Shown here piece by piece: positions 11,630-22,545 of a stretch of DNA of 32,182 bases. Position 1 is the first letter of the stretch. Each line of letters starts with the position of its first letter. Made by a program: the position numbers and the translations under genes. The notes beneath the pieces are model-generated. The model had not been told where the DNA came from, searched no databases, and saw only the letters and a program-made list of their open reading frames with translations. Location: assembly GCF_001194135.2 (NCBI RefSeq), contig NC_069002.1:20356033-20388214 (forward strand), written 5' to 3'. Origin of the DNA: Octopus bimaculoides. Its lineage: Eukaryota.

Positions 11630-11845
11630 TGAGGTAATGCTGAGACGTTCCTGGCTTTAAGCGGCTCGCAAAAGTCTTGGATGGAGGCTCAAAATTCTGT
11701 TTTCTTTTGCGGGCTTAGAAAAATTGAAGAACCGCGGCAATTAGTGTAAAAATCTGAGATGGGGACATGTTGATTAAAATTATAATTACCAGCCCTTCCT
11801 CTAGTTTCTTTTACCCAAAGTCATAAACTTTTTAGTACGCCATCA
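11630..11845 (+). mobile_element. Old mariner-derived MITE (~215 bp)
   Basis: Imperfect 29-bp TIRs (18/29 match: 11630-11658 vs reverse complement of 11817-11845), TA at the left edge. Internal KNRGN*CKNLRWGHVD* resembles a mariner transposase C-terminus (RW.KC....G.Y.E*). Confidence 0.55.
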
Positions 11846-11895
11846 TTTAACGATCACTTATTTCTCTCCTTCCTGAAATGAAACTCAAAATAACG

Positions 11896-12000
<105 letters not shown>

Positions 12001-12034
12001 TAGGAGTGGCTGTGTAGTAAGTAGCTCGCTTCCC
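12001..12034 (+). mobile_element. tRNA-like 5' head of SINE family B
   Basis: taggagtggctgtgtagtaagtagctcgctt contains A-box-like TGGCTGTGTAG; its 3' part overlaps the start of the 13071 copy. Confidence 0.55.
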
Positions 12035-13070
12035 CGTTACGCATGCGTATTGGATAGTTGGCTGCTCACAGAAAGATCAGTGAAGACATGAGACATGAGT
12101 CGTGTGGGCCCTGTCTTACGAAAGAAAAACGGAAATTTGCCGAGGTAGGTGAATTTGTTCGTTTGAGCATAATTTATTGTTTGTCTTTTTTTCAGTAAAT
12201 TCTGACCAGCTCCGGGGTAATTTCTCCTACTCATGGCGTCTTTTCTTGTGGCTTGTGTTTACAAGCAAGAGTTGCTTTTCTGGGGAGGGGGTATCCCCGC
12301 CAGAAAAGGATAAAACAAAAAAAGAGGACAAAATTTTGAACTGTTTGTTTTAGTTCTGATCGACGTGTTCCGGCTATGTTATCAAGGGGCTTGTAGTACA
12401 TTGTGACCCGAAGAAGCTGTGTTTACGTGAACAATTGTGGAAGTTTGTTCCGGTGTTTCAGTTCCCAGGATCATATAAGGATTACCTTGAGACTGAAGAA
12501 TTGTGTGCTGTGTTTTTAAACTGTTTTTTTCTTGTTTTCTTTTTTTTAACTGTTTTTTTTTTCTTTCGCCTTTGTTGTAACTTCTTCCTTTCTTGATTTT
12601 TTTCGAACTGTTTTAGTCCTGGTGCATGGACTATCCGGAGTGGCCTCCACAAATGTATGCGGGGGCTCTGAGCAACGCAGAGTTGTTCAATGTAATGGCC
12701 TCCTTTGGAAGGGAAAACTTTCAATTCCTTAAAATATTTGTCGCAGCAGGCTTGCCTGCGGGCGGCAAAAAGATGCTCGGGGTGGAAGTTCAAGTGGCTT
12801 AATGCGCCGATCCATTGATTGTTAAATCAAGTGATTTTTTATTGTTTTTGACTTGTATTCATTTGATTGTATGTAATTGAATTTTAATTGAACTTTAATT
12901 GTATTTTAAAAGAACAGTGATTTCGAGGTGTTTTCGGTAGGTGGGCACCGTATACCTCTTTCATTTATATCATTCATATTTTATCATTCTCATCCCATTA
13001 ATGTATATGTCCAGCTCGCATTGCTTCTTTACTTCTTTGTAATGCCTTTATGGCCAATTTTCATGAAATA

Positions 13071-13444
13071 AAGTAGCTTGCTTACCAGCCACATGGCAAC
13101 TTGGGAAAGACACTTTCCCAAGTCTTCTACTATAGCCTGGAGCCGACCAAAGCCTTGTGAGTGGATTTGGTAGACTGAAATTGAAAGAAACCCGTTATAT
13201 ATATGTATATATAATATATGTATGTATGTATGTATGTATATGTTTGTGTGTCTGTGTTTGTCCCTCCCAACGTCGCTTGACAACTGAAGCTGGTGTGTTT
13301 ACGTCCACGTAACTTAGTGGTTCAGCAAAAGAGCCTGATAGAATATGTACTAGGCTTCCAAAGACTAAGTCCTGGGGTCGATTTGCTCGACTAAAGGCAG
13401 TGCTCCAGCATGGCCACAGTCAAACGACTGAAACAAGTAAAAGA
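13071..13444 (+). mobile_element. SINE family B copy with internal (TA)/(TATG) microsatellite
   Basis: Colinear with the reverse complement of 31080-31445 and with 9601-9663 (three copies in the window). Confidence 0.85.
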
Positions 13445-13952
13445 GGAAAAGAGGGGTCGCATAATTCAATTGAAATATGCTTGTTACGTTCGTTTGCATA
13501 CGTTGAAAATTTTTATGTTGGGATGAGAACAAGCCAAGGGTCTGAGTGGAAATTTTTAAAAAAGTGTCAAACGGATACATTATGGCTTAATCAAATCGTA
13601 AGTACTCTCATTGACTATGGCCATTTGTAAAGGGTATATCATTCACTGAAATAGTTAGCAGCAGGTCACCGGTTAAGAATGTTGTGTATTCAGGGAATAT
13701 TTCCTTTCTCTCTTTCGATCTTTCACACTCTCTCTTTTTTCTCACGCTTTCTCTCTTACTTTCTCTCTCTCTCATACACACACATACACAGATACACACA
13801 CAAACATGTTCTCTCTTTCTCTCCCCTTCTGTAAGTGTTTCTCTTTCTATGTATCTGAAGCACACACGTAAAGAGGCCTGCATATACACCCACACATACA
13901 TTTCATGCATATATATTTATACATATATATACATATATATATATATATACAT

Positions 13953-14375
13953 ATTTTTGGTAATCCCATAAATAATGCAGATTTTTATACTATTATTTTC
14001 CAAAATTAAGATAAACAAAGTACTTTTTTAATCTAAAATATTCTCTTCATTTTCTGCAACGGTCTTCCATTTATCTAGTAGAATTGCAACGCTCATCTTC
14101 CAGAATTCATTTGTCCATGACGAAAAGTACTCCTCTAGTACTGTTCTGACCTCGTCTACAGAATTCATATTTTTTCCTTCCAAATGATTTTGAGGATTGC
14201 AGAATAAATGATAAACAGATGGGGCAATGTCTGGCGAATATGGTGAGTGGGACCAACGTTTCCCATTGAAATGGCTCAAGCCTTTGGAATGTTATCCTTG
14301 CTGTATGTGGCCTTGCATTATCTTGATGTGTGAACACCTTTCGTCTTAAAACCAAAGATGACCGTCTTTTCTTTT
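13953..14375 (-). mobile_element. Mariner (DD34D-type) transposase 3' fragment with probable right TIR
   Basis: HQDNARPH and HSPYSPDIAPSVYHLF motifs, C-terminal LLDKWKTV..; TIR-like end near 13953-13985. Confidence 0.9.
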
Positions 14376-15119
14376 TGCCAGAATTCGGTTGAGGACTCTG
14401 CCCCGCAGAAAAATTCAATATGGACGCCTACTACATCGATTATTCTATGAAAAACATACCTATACCATCAAAGGAAGTATATTCTAAGAAACCTTTGGAT
14501 AAAATACAGACCTTATTAAGCGCATGAGACGGAAAGCATTCTTTACAACATGGAAGAAGACACTACAGAGAACATATTCTATGATATTAATTCTAAGAAA
14601 TTTCCTCCAAAAATCAAAGGCTTGGAAGACTTCGAAGCTCATGAACAAAATAAAATTTCGTAAGTCTTTTAACCCGTTCCAACAGAAACTGAAAAAAAAA
14701 ATATCAAATACATAAGGAGTACCAAAAAAAAAAAAAAAAAAACGGCACATTTTTTTCCGATAAAACCAAGAACTTATACCGAGTAGAAAACAGCACATAT
14801 TTACAACTTCTACAAAATAGCATCATCAATAAATACACCAAGGCTAAACCACAAACTTATAACAAAATTAATAAAGAAGCTAGCATTATCACCACCAGAC
14901 TTATATTAGATATAAAAAAAAGTAGAGGTCCTCCCCCAAAAAGAGGCCTTTATTACTATCAAAGACCATAAAAAGAGCTTCCTGGTTAATCCTAAATGTA
15001 GGCTTATTAACCCAGCTAAATCAGAAGTTGACATTATTTGTAAAGACATTTTAGGAAAAATCAATGCGAAAGTCAGGAATGCCACTAGGTTAGTACAATG
15101 GTCCAATAGTATAAAGGTC

Positions 15120-15577
15120 GGCGATCTTACGATACCAGTGCCAAGGATCGGCCTTTTCCGTAAAAAGGTTTGGAGGGAAAGACGGAAACGACGTCGTAAA
15201 AGCGAAAGAGATAGAGAGAGCGCGATTTCTTTTGAAGTTGGCGCTGGTGTGTGTATGTGAGAGAAAGAAAGAAAGAAAGAAAGAAAGAAAGTAAGAAAAA
15301 AAGAAAGAAAGAATGAAAGAAAGAAAGAAAGAAAGTGAGAGACAGATAGATACATAACCGAAATTATTTTTATTTCGGTAATTGTTCAGATTAACACCCG
15401 CACGATCTTCACTAGGGTGTTAGGGTTAGGGTTAGGGTTAGGGTTAGTGTGAGAAAGAGAGATTATGTATGTATGTATGTATGTATGTATGTATGTATGT
15501 ACACGTTTTACGGAAAAGGCCAATGTGATGTAAATGAACACACGTGGGTGCTTTGGTACTGGTATCGTAAGATCGCC
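15120..15577. mobile_element. Non-autonomous DNA transposon (MITE) with 25-bp GG-terminated TIRs and a decayed 8-bp TSD; Merlin-like by TIR/TSD rule
   Basis: TIR 15120-15144 ggcgatcttacgataccagtgccaa vs reverse complement of 15553-15577 ggcgatcttacgataccagtaccaa (24/25). Flanks taaaggtc / gagaagtc (5/8). Removing the element plus 8 bp restores the host frame S-I-K-V-I-D-W-F-K. Confidence 0.8.
15412..15447 (+). repeat. Interstitial telomere-type (TTAGGG)4 with flanking variant/partial units
   Basis: ctaggg tg then ttaggg x4 (15420-15443) then ttag. Confidence 0.95.
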
Positions 15578-16407
15578 GAGAAGTCATCGACTGGTTTAAA
15601 GCTACTCAGAATAAGAATAAAGCGAGATTCACGCAGTTCTATATTGTCGACGTTTATGCCTCTATCTCTAAGGAACTGCTAGATATAGCTCTCGACTTCG
15701 CAAGCGAATTCATAGAAATCAGTACACAGGATAAAGACTTTATTCTTCAACGAGAACGCAGAGTGAATCAAGACTACCGATACAGAGGGTGCTTTTGATG
15801 TGAGCATGGAGTCATATGATGGAGCAGGCATATGCGATCTTATTGGACTATTCCTACTAGATATGTTGGGAAAAAGCTTTTTCCTGGCGTATACTTCGCC
15901 ATTTACAAAGATGATGCCCTAGATTTAACCGCAAATACGAATGGAGCAGCACAGGATCGGTTTAGGAACGACATTATCCAATTGTGAAAACTCGGTCTTA
16001 GCATAGCTACAAACATCAACCTGACGGTTGTCAATTTCCTAGACGTATCCTTAGATCTAAATAAGAATATTTATAAACCTTATAGGAAGCCCAACGATAG
16101 ACTTAGTTATATTAATGTGGGTTCCTGCCATCCCCCCATAGTGCTTGAAAATTTAGTTAAAACATTAGCAAAATAATGTTTAGCCTCTCCTCCATAGTGA
16201 CATTTTTAATAGCGTTGCCCCAGTATATAATAAGACTCTAAAAGAGAGTGAATTTAGCTAGTAAATAATCTATACACCTGCCACCAGTTCAATAATAAGG
16301 ATAAGAAAACACAGGAATAGGAAAACTTTCTAGTTCACACCCCCTCACTCACCCGAAGTGACCTTTAATATAGACAAGTATTTCTTAGCACTGGTATATA
16401 GACATAG

Positions 16408-16789
16408 ATGGATGCAATCGGAAAACCCCTACTTTCAAAAATAAACGTTGAAAAGCTTTTAGAGTGGAGTAAAAACCTACAGAATTGATCCCTAGAGCAG
16501 TGGAAGAATGTTATTTTCTTGGACGAGCCATCCTTTACCTTATTTCCAATCACCGGTCGTGTATACAGCCAAAAGAAGCATTTGACCCAGACTGCCTTCT
16601 TCCAACTGTTAAACATGGAGGAGGATCTGTGATGATCTTGGGGGCTATATCTTGGAAATCTGCTTGCCCAATGGTTTCCCTCCATGGCAGAATTAATATT
16701 CAAGTATATTTAAGTGTTTTATCTGATCAAATTCATCCTATGGTTGCGAAACTGTTTCCGGAGGGAAAAGCAATCATTCAGGATGATAT
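16408..16789 (+). mobile_element. Tc1-type transposase internal fragment
   Basis: EQWKNVIFLDEPSF, PTVKHGGGSVMILGAISW, IIQDD correspond to Tc1 W..VIFSDES.F, TVKHGGGSVMVWG and FQQDN motifs. Confidence 0.9.
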
Positions 16790-17734
16790 GAAAAAGAACG
16801 AAGCAGAATAAGTATTGGAAATAGAATCAGGGAAAGACATAAAGGCAAATTGGAAAAGTTAAAATCTACAAGAAATTAGAAGAAAAACAGACTCCAACGG
16901 GAAAAGTAAGTTGGGACAGGCGGTTATATGTTTGCGCGTGAGTGACGTTGTCAATTATTCTTAAGGAAACAATGGTAACCATTCTTCAATAAAAGATTCA
17001 GTACATTCTTAATGTACGAGTGTATGACCGTTTGTATGTATTCATATACGTTTGTCTGTCAACCAGTGTGTGAGTGCGCATGTAAATATGTTACGCATAT
17101 TTGCGCAGAAGCGTATTAATATATGAACATGTGTCTAAATGTGTTTGCATGCGTATATCTTATGCATACATAATTATGTGCATATGTATCAGTTTGTGTT
17201 CTTTACCAAAAAATCATTAAATTATTCCTGCAAGCTGTACCTGTAGAACAATGGACTATTATATAATGATATAAAAAGAAATCAATAATTGCGGCACTTG
17301 AAATATTGCAGAGATGTATGTTGTGTACTGCCAGACGAGATGCTATATAAAATAAAGTGGAGTTAGAAATATATGTTCAATTTTCTTCCTCTCTTCTAAT
17401 TTTCAATCACATGATACACTAAACGAGAAGCTAATTAATGTCTACACAAAGAATGTATCGAAAATAAGCTTAATGAACTTCACGTAAAAAGAATGTCAAT
17501 CTTAATGTAAGGAAAATTGAACATTACATCTCATCAAAAATGTTCAGCAATGAGAGGTCAAACGAACGAAGGTGAACGTCTTTGTTTTTCTTTTGTTTCA
17601 TTGAACATCACAATGCTAGCGAAAATAATTAGTTACATCGGAGAATAATAATTTTTCGTATAAAACAAATCTACTTCATGAATTGTAGCTATTTCTTATC
17701 GGCATAAAATAGGATTTCAAATATACATGCATAC

Positions 17735-18240
<506 letters not shown>

Positions 18241-18464
18241 TATATGCACCCATTTAAATGTATGTGTGTTTGCATGTGTATGACTTTGTGGTTTGGACTG
18301 AAACATCATATAATATATCATGCTCATGTTAGAAAATAGAATATCAAAACAATTCGGGAAATCATTGGTAAATGTCGGTAATTGAGTATATTATGTACAT
18401 ATAAGAGATGAAGCACTTGAAAATATGTATCTATGTATGTATGTACGTGTGCATGTCTCTTCTA

Positions 18465-19390
18465 TTAATTATTATATATCTTACACCGAGAAGGGAGTCT
18501 GTTTCCAACAGAGATACAAGGTTACATCTTTGGGATGTAGTTATCAGAGTTACATTTCACATCTGGAACTTGAGAAAAACTTGCATATTTTTGCTATTTC
18601 ACTCACAGATTGTACTTGTAATGTACGAATTAGCCGATCGATTTCTCTTTCTGAAATCTCAGTTTATCCAGATTCTCCTTTCCAAATTTCCTAACAAAAC
18701 CTAGTGCTCCAATTATTATTGGTATGAATATGAATTCATAGTCTGGATATAGAAGTTGGAGGTTTCGAAGTAGTTGTCCATAGACATCGTCTCTTCCAGA
18801 TATTTATATCTGCAGGGCAGCTGACCTCTATCATGGTACAATGATATCCTGCCAAACAATAATATCCTGCTTGTTATGTTTACATTTGACAGAAGATTTG
18901 ATGGGAATATTTCACCAGTATTCCTTGAGTTGGTGTTTATGAATATATTCCATAACAGAGTCATTTTCTACGTTTATGTCAGGACGGTCTTTTGTACAGA
19001 TAGCATTGTAAATATTTTTAACGAAAAAATCGTGCCGTATAGGGATATAGTACCGTGAAAACATTTTAGGAGAGCTGCTGATCACAGACGTGATGTCTTC
19101 CACAGAAACATGACATAGCCTGGGATAAAAAAAAGAGTGTCACTGCCTCTCTTGTTCCACAAGTATCTTGTGGCAATCGCCTGTTCCTGGATTGCGAACG
19201 CATAGCCTTCAAAGTGTGATGTGATGTAGTAGTCTCGCGTCCAAGAGAGGCTGCGTTTCGTATCAATTCTTTTGTCTTCTTCAAGCTTACGGACAATGTA
19301 GGTATGTATGAAACATCAGCTCTTCCACGCTTGCATGTCTGGATGCTCTTCCTGTCATCAACCCAAACCTATCTTTAATATTTCACCATG
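18465..19390 (-). mobile_element. 5'-truncated RLE-type non-LTR retrotransposon (R4/NeSL-like, clade uncertain), distinct from the Dong and HERO copies
   Basis: Minus-strand translation across frameshifts: WTRDYYITSHFEGYAFAIQEQAIATRYL; EDITSVISSSPKMFSRYYIPIRHD; EYW*NIPIKSSVKCKHNKQDIIVW; MIEVSCPADINI; YGQLLRNLQLLYPDYEFIFIPIIIGALG; LQVQSVSEIAKICKFFLKFQM* (stop 18557-18559). AT-rich tail near 18465-18478. Confidence 0.8.
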
Positions 19391-19545
19391 ACCATACGTG
19401 TTTACATGGCAGATTCGAAACGGAGCACGCCTCTGGCGTGAGAGTGATACTTACTTACTAAATCAAACACAGATACACACACACACAAACAGAGGGACAT
19501 ACAGACACAGATAGACAAACAGAGAGAGGCGCGAGCGGGAATGTC

Positions 19546-19615
<70 letters not shown>

Positions 19616-19644
19616 CATATATATATATACATATATATATTACT

Positions 19645-19794
19645 CGTATGAATATGAATTCATTGTCTGGATATAGAAGGTGAAGGTTTCGAAACAGTTG
19701 TGCATAGATACCCTCTTTTTCTTTGATTTTCAAAGAGTTCTTTTATATCTGCGTGGTAGCTGACCTCTATGATGTTACATACATTTGTCCCTCT
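19645..19794 (-). mobile_element. Second fragment of the same RLE family (endonuclease segment), cut by a gap
   Basis: Aligns to 18722-18840: CNIIEVSYHADIK / LKIKEKEGIYAQLFRNLHLLYPDNEFIFI. Confidence 0.8.
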
Positions 19795-19898
19795 NNNNNN
19801 NNNNNNNNNNNNNNNNNNNNNNNNNNNNNNNNNNNNNNNNNNNNNNNNNNNNNNNNNNNNNNNNNNNNNNNNNNNNNNNNNNNNNNNNNNNNNNNNNN
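19795..19898. other. Assembly gap (N run)
   Basis: N bases. Confidence 1.
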
Positions 19899-19922
19899 AT
19901 ATATATATATATATATATATAT

Positions 19923-21489
19923 ACGAAAGCCAGCCATAAAAAATATTTAGGACTCAATGAACTAGATAGGATACAACACACACAAATGAAATAGAAAATG
20001 AAAAAATAATACTATAGACGAGTTAGATCAATACTAAAAACATAGCTCAATGCTAAAAACAAGATAATAGCTATTAACACATTAGCCGTCCCAGTTATAA
20101 GTTACAGCTACAATATCCTTCACTGGACGCTAAAGGAACTATCTAAAATAGACAGGAAAACAAGTAAAATAATGACAGGATCTAGGATGCACCACCCACA
20201 ATCAGACATAGAAAGGCCATATATACAACGTACAGAAGGTGGTAGGAGTCTTATACAGCTGAAACACTATTATAAAATAACCACCATAGAAGAAGAAGAA
20301 GAAAAGAAGAAGAAGAAGAAGAAGAAGAAGAAGAAGGAGGATGAGGAGGAGGATGAGGAGGAGGAGAACAAGAAGGAGAACAAGAAGAAAAAGAAGAAGA
20401 AGAAGAAGAAGAAGAAGGAGGAGGAGGAGGAGAACAAGAAGAAGAAGGAGAAGAAGAAGAAGGAGGAGAAGAAGAAGAACGAGGAGAAGAAGAAGAAAAA
20501 GAAGAAGAAGAAGAAGAAGAAGAAGAAGAAGAAGAAGAAGAAGAAGAAGAAGAAGAAGAAGAAATCTATAAGACAAATGAAATGCAAACTAAAACTAGAA
20601 CAGCAACGGACCATGATAAAACGATGGCAAGAAAAGCCCCTACATGGCAAATACTGGGCTAAACTAAATGCAAAATAAATAGACAGAGAAAAATCCCAGC
20701 AATGGTTGAGAAGCTCAGGACTCAAAGCAGAGAATGAAGGATTTTTAATTGCTGCACAACACCAAAGCCTCCTCACCCGATATTACCAAAAACATATAAT
20801 GAAATGGAACGTAACATGTAACTGCAGAATATGTGGCGATGGACAAGAAACAATGAATCATATTATCTCTGACTGCCCAGTCCTGGTTAAGAAGGAATAT
20901 ATTCACAGACATGACAAAGCTGGGACCTATATACACTGGAAACTATGCCAACACTATGGAATAACAACAGAAAAAAGATGGTATAAAACACACGAGAAAA
21001 GGTCACAGAAAACGAGAAAGTAACCATACTCTGGGATGTGCCAATAGACACAGATATAGAAATTAAGGCCAATAGACCAGATATAGTTGTCAAAGATCAT
21101 GAAGGAAAACAATGCTTTCTAATTGATCTATCAATACCAGCAGATGACAACGTTTCCTTAAAAGAAATGAAGAAACTTTCAAAATACAAAGACCTGGAAA
21201 GAAAGGTAACTCAAATGTGGAATCTGAAAACAGAAACAATTCCTATCATAGTAGGTGCCTAAGGTATAATAAAAAAATATTCAGACAAATAAATAACAAA
21301 AACACCAGGACTTAGAAATATATATAACATACAGAAAATTGCACTACTGGGCACCGCACACATCCTACGCAAAACACCTTCAATACAGTAAACATAAGAG
21401 CATCACAACAAACCACAGCACATACCCAAGGCACATAGAGCTGCGCTCGGTAGTGAAGTGAAAGCACGTTATAAAAATAAAACTACTGA
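19923..21489 (+). mobile_element. Dong/R4-clade non-LTR retrotransposon, copy 1 (late RT, CCHC, RLE, 3' UTR)
   Basis: KYLGLNE..; AINTLAVPVISYS; MHHPQSDIERPYI.RTEGGR; WQEKPLHGKY; GLKAENEGFLIAAQ; CRICGDGQETMNHIISDC; RHD; ANRPDIVV..LIDLSIP..EK.SKYKDL; PIIVGA; KIALLGTAHIL; stop 21389-21391; ends in (TAA)n. Confidence 0.9.
20289..20563 (+). repeat. Polypurine (GAA/GAG)n tract inside Dong copy 1
   Basis: ~275 nt almost devoid of pyrimidines. Confidence 0.95.
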
Positions 21490-21510
21490 ATAATAATAAT
21501 ACTAATAATG

Positions 21511-21567
<57 letters not shown>
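21489..21567 (+). repeat. (TAA)n microsatellite
   Basis: Direct reading. Confidence 0.95.
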
Positions 21568-21745
21568 TCAGCAAAAAATACCTTAGGGATGAGAAACCAA
21601 GGTTGGGTTCAAAATTTTACTAGGATGAAGCCTGGAGAGTAGCTAAACCGAAACGTTGTGGTAGCAACAAAGAAGATGAGGATACAAACCCGTCCAATGT
21701 AAATAATGTAAATAATATACATAATTTATCGTCTCTAAAATATAG
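21568..21745 (+). mobile_element. Repeat tail with hammerhead-like remnant (GATGAA..CCGAAACG), homologous to 27858-27990 minus
   Basis: gatgaagcctggagagtagctaaaccgaaacgttgtggtagcaacaaagaagatgagga..ccgtccaatgtaaataat aligns with the reverse complement gatgaagcctggagggtatatcagccgaaacggtgtggtaacaacaaacaagatgtgga..ccgtcaaatgtaaataat. Confidence 0.75.
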
Positions 21746-22190
21746 GACATACATACTCACCAGTTATCTTTGTGTGCGACTACAATGAAAAGATATGTTC
21801 TTATGTGGCAATCAGTTTCTCCTTGAGCACGAATGTCCCGGGAGAAACATTCGTGTTCAATCTATGGACCATTGATTATATGCTTGCAACTCAAGCAGCG
21901 AAGATAAACATTCAGCTTCATACAAATTATTATTAGAGCAACATGATGCACACGAACCCGCAAACAGCAAAGTATGGCTGAACTTGGGATCTTGGAGAGA
22001 GTATGCAAATCATGAATTGATGCGCTACAAACGATCATGATGTCTGGGACAGCACAAATCAGCAAACTGTCTTGAGATTTAAACGATGACGTTTAAATCA
22101 AGCTACTTTCCGTCATATCTTTACTACCAAGTAGGAGGTTGCTCAAAATTTACTCTGAACTAAAAGGAGAAGGACATACATACATAGAAA

Positions 22191-22266
<76 letters not shown>

Positions 22267-22490
22267 GTATGTATGTATACTTATGGGTATATTTGTATGC
22301 ACTTTATATATGCTTGTATATATGTCTGTGTGGATTAGTGAATACGCACAAGCAGTATTATATATCCGAATTGTCACACTTAATTTTCACGCCTTATAAC
22401 TATTTATAAAACCATTTTCAGCTCCTACAGGGCAAACATAGAAATCAATAGAAGAACCAGCTGCGTTATAAACCCTCAAGTCATTGAAAA

Positions 22491-22491
<1 letters not shown>

Positions 22492-22543
<52 letters not shown>
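22492..22543 (+). repeat. (TAA)n microsatellite, no adjacent LINE
   Basis: Direct reading. Confidence 0.95.

Positions 22544-22545
<2 letters not shown>

Larger units (their letters stand above)
14420..16395 (+). mobile_element. Decayed Penelope-like (Neptune-type) RT ORF, 3'-truncated, interrupted by a MITE
   Basis: MDAYYIDYSMKNIPIPSKEVY..IKRMRRKAFF; KDHKKSFLVNPKCRLINPAKSE; FDVSMESYDGAGICDLIGLFLL; IYKDDAL (YRDDGL-like); NFLDVSLDL..YKPYRKPND..HPP; FTPPHS..NIDKYFL. Confidence 0.9.

Noticed and set aside
12482-12793. 103-aa minus ORF and plus-frame VLVLVHGLSG (hydrolase-like) as a gene
   Set aside because: Short, no splice context, C-terminus is a poly-A tract translation; no family recognisable.
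15412-15447. TTAGGG array as a real telomere or chromosome fusion scar
   Set aside because: Only four units, single orientation, enclosed within MITE TIRs.
20172-20776. Poly-K/E, poly-R, poly-L and poly-F ORFs
   Set aside because: Translations of the GAA tract; only the flanks are LINE-coding.
21756-21862. Minus-strand donor CTG|GTGAGT with ~100-nt open frame as an exon
   Set aside because: Weak acceptor, unrecognisable peptide, no partner exons; such motifs are common by chance.
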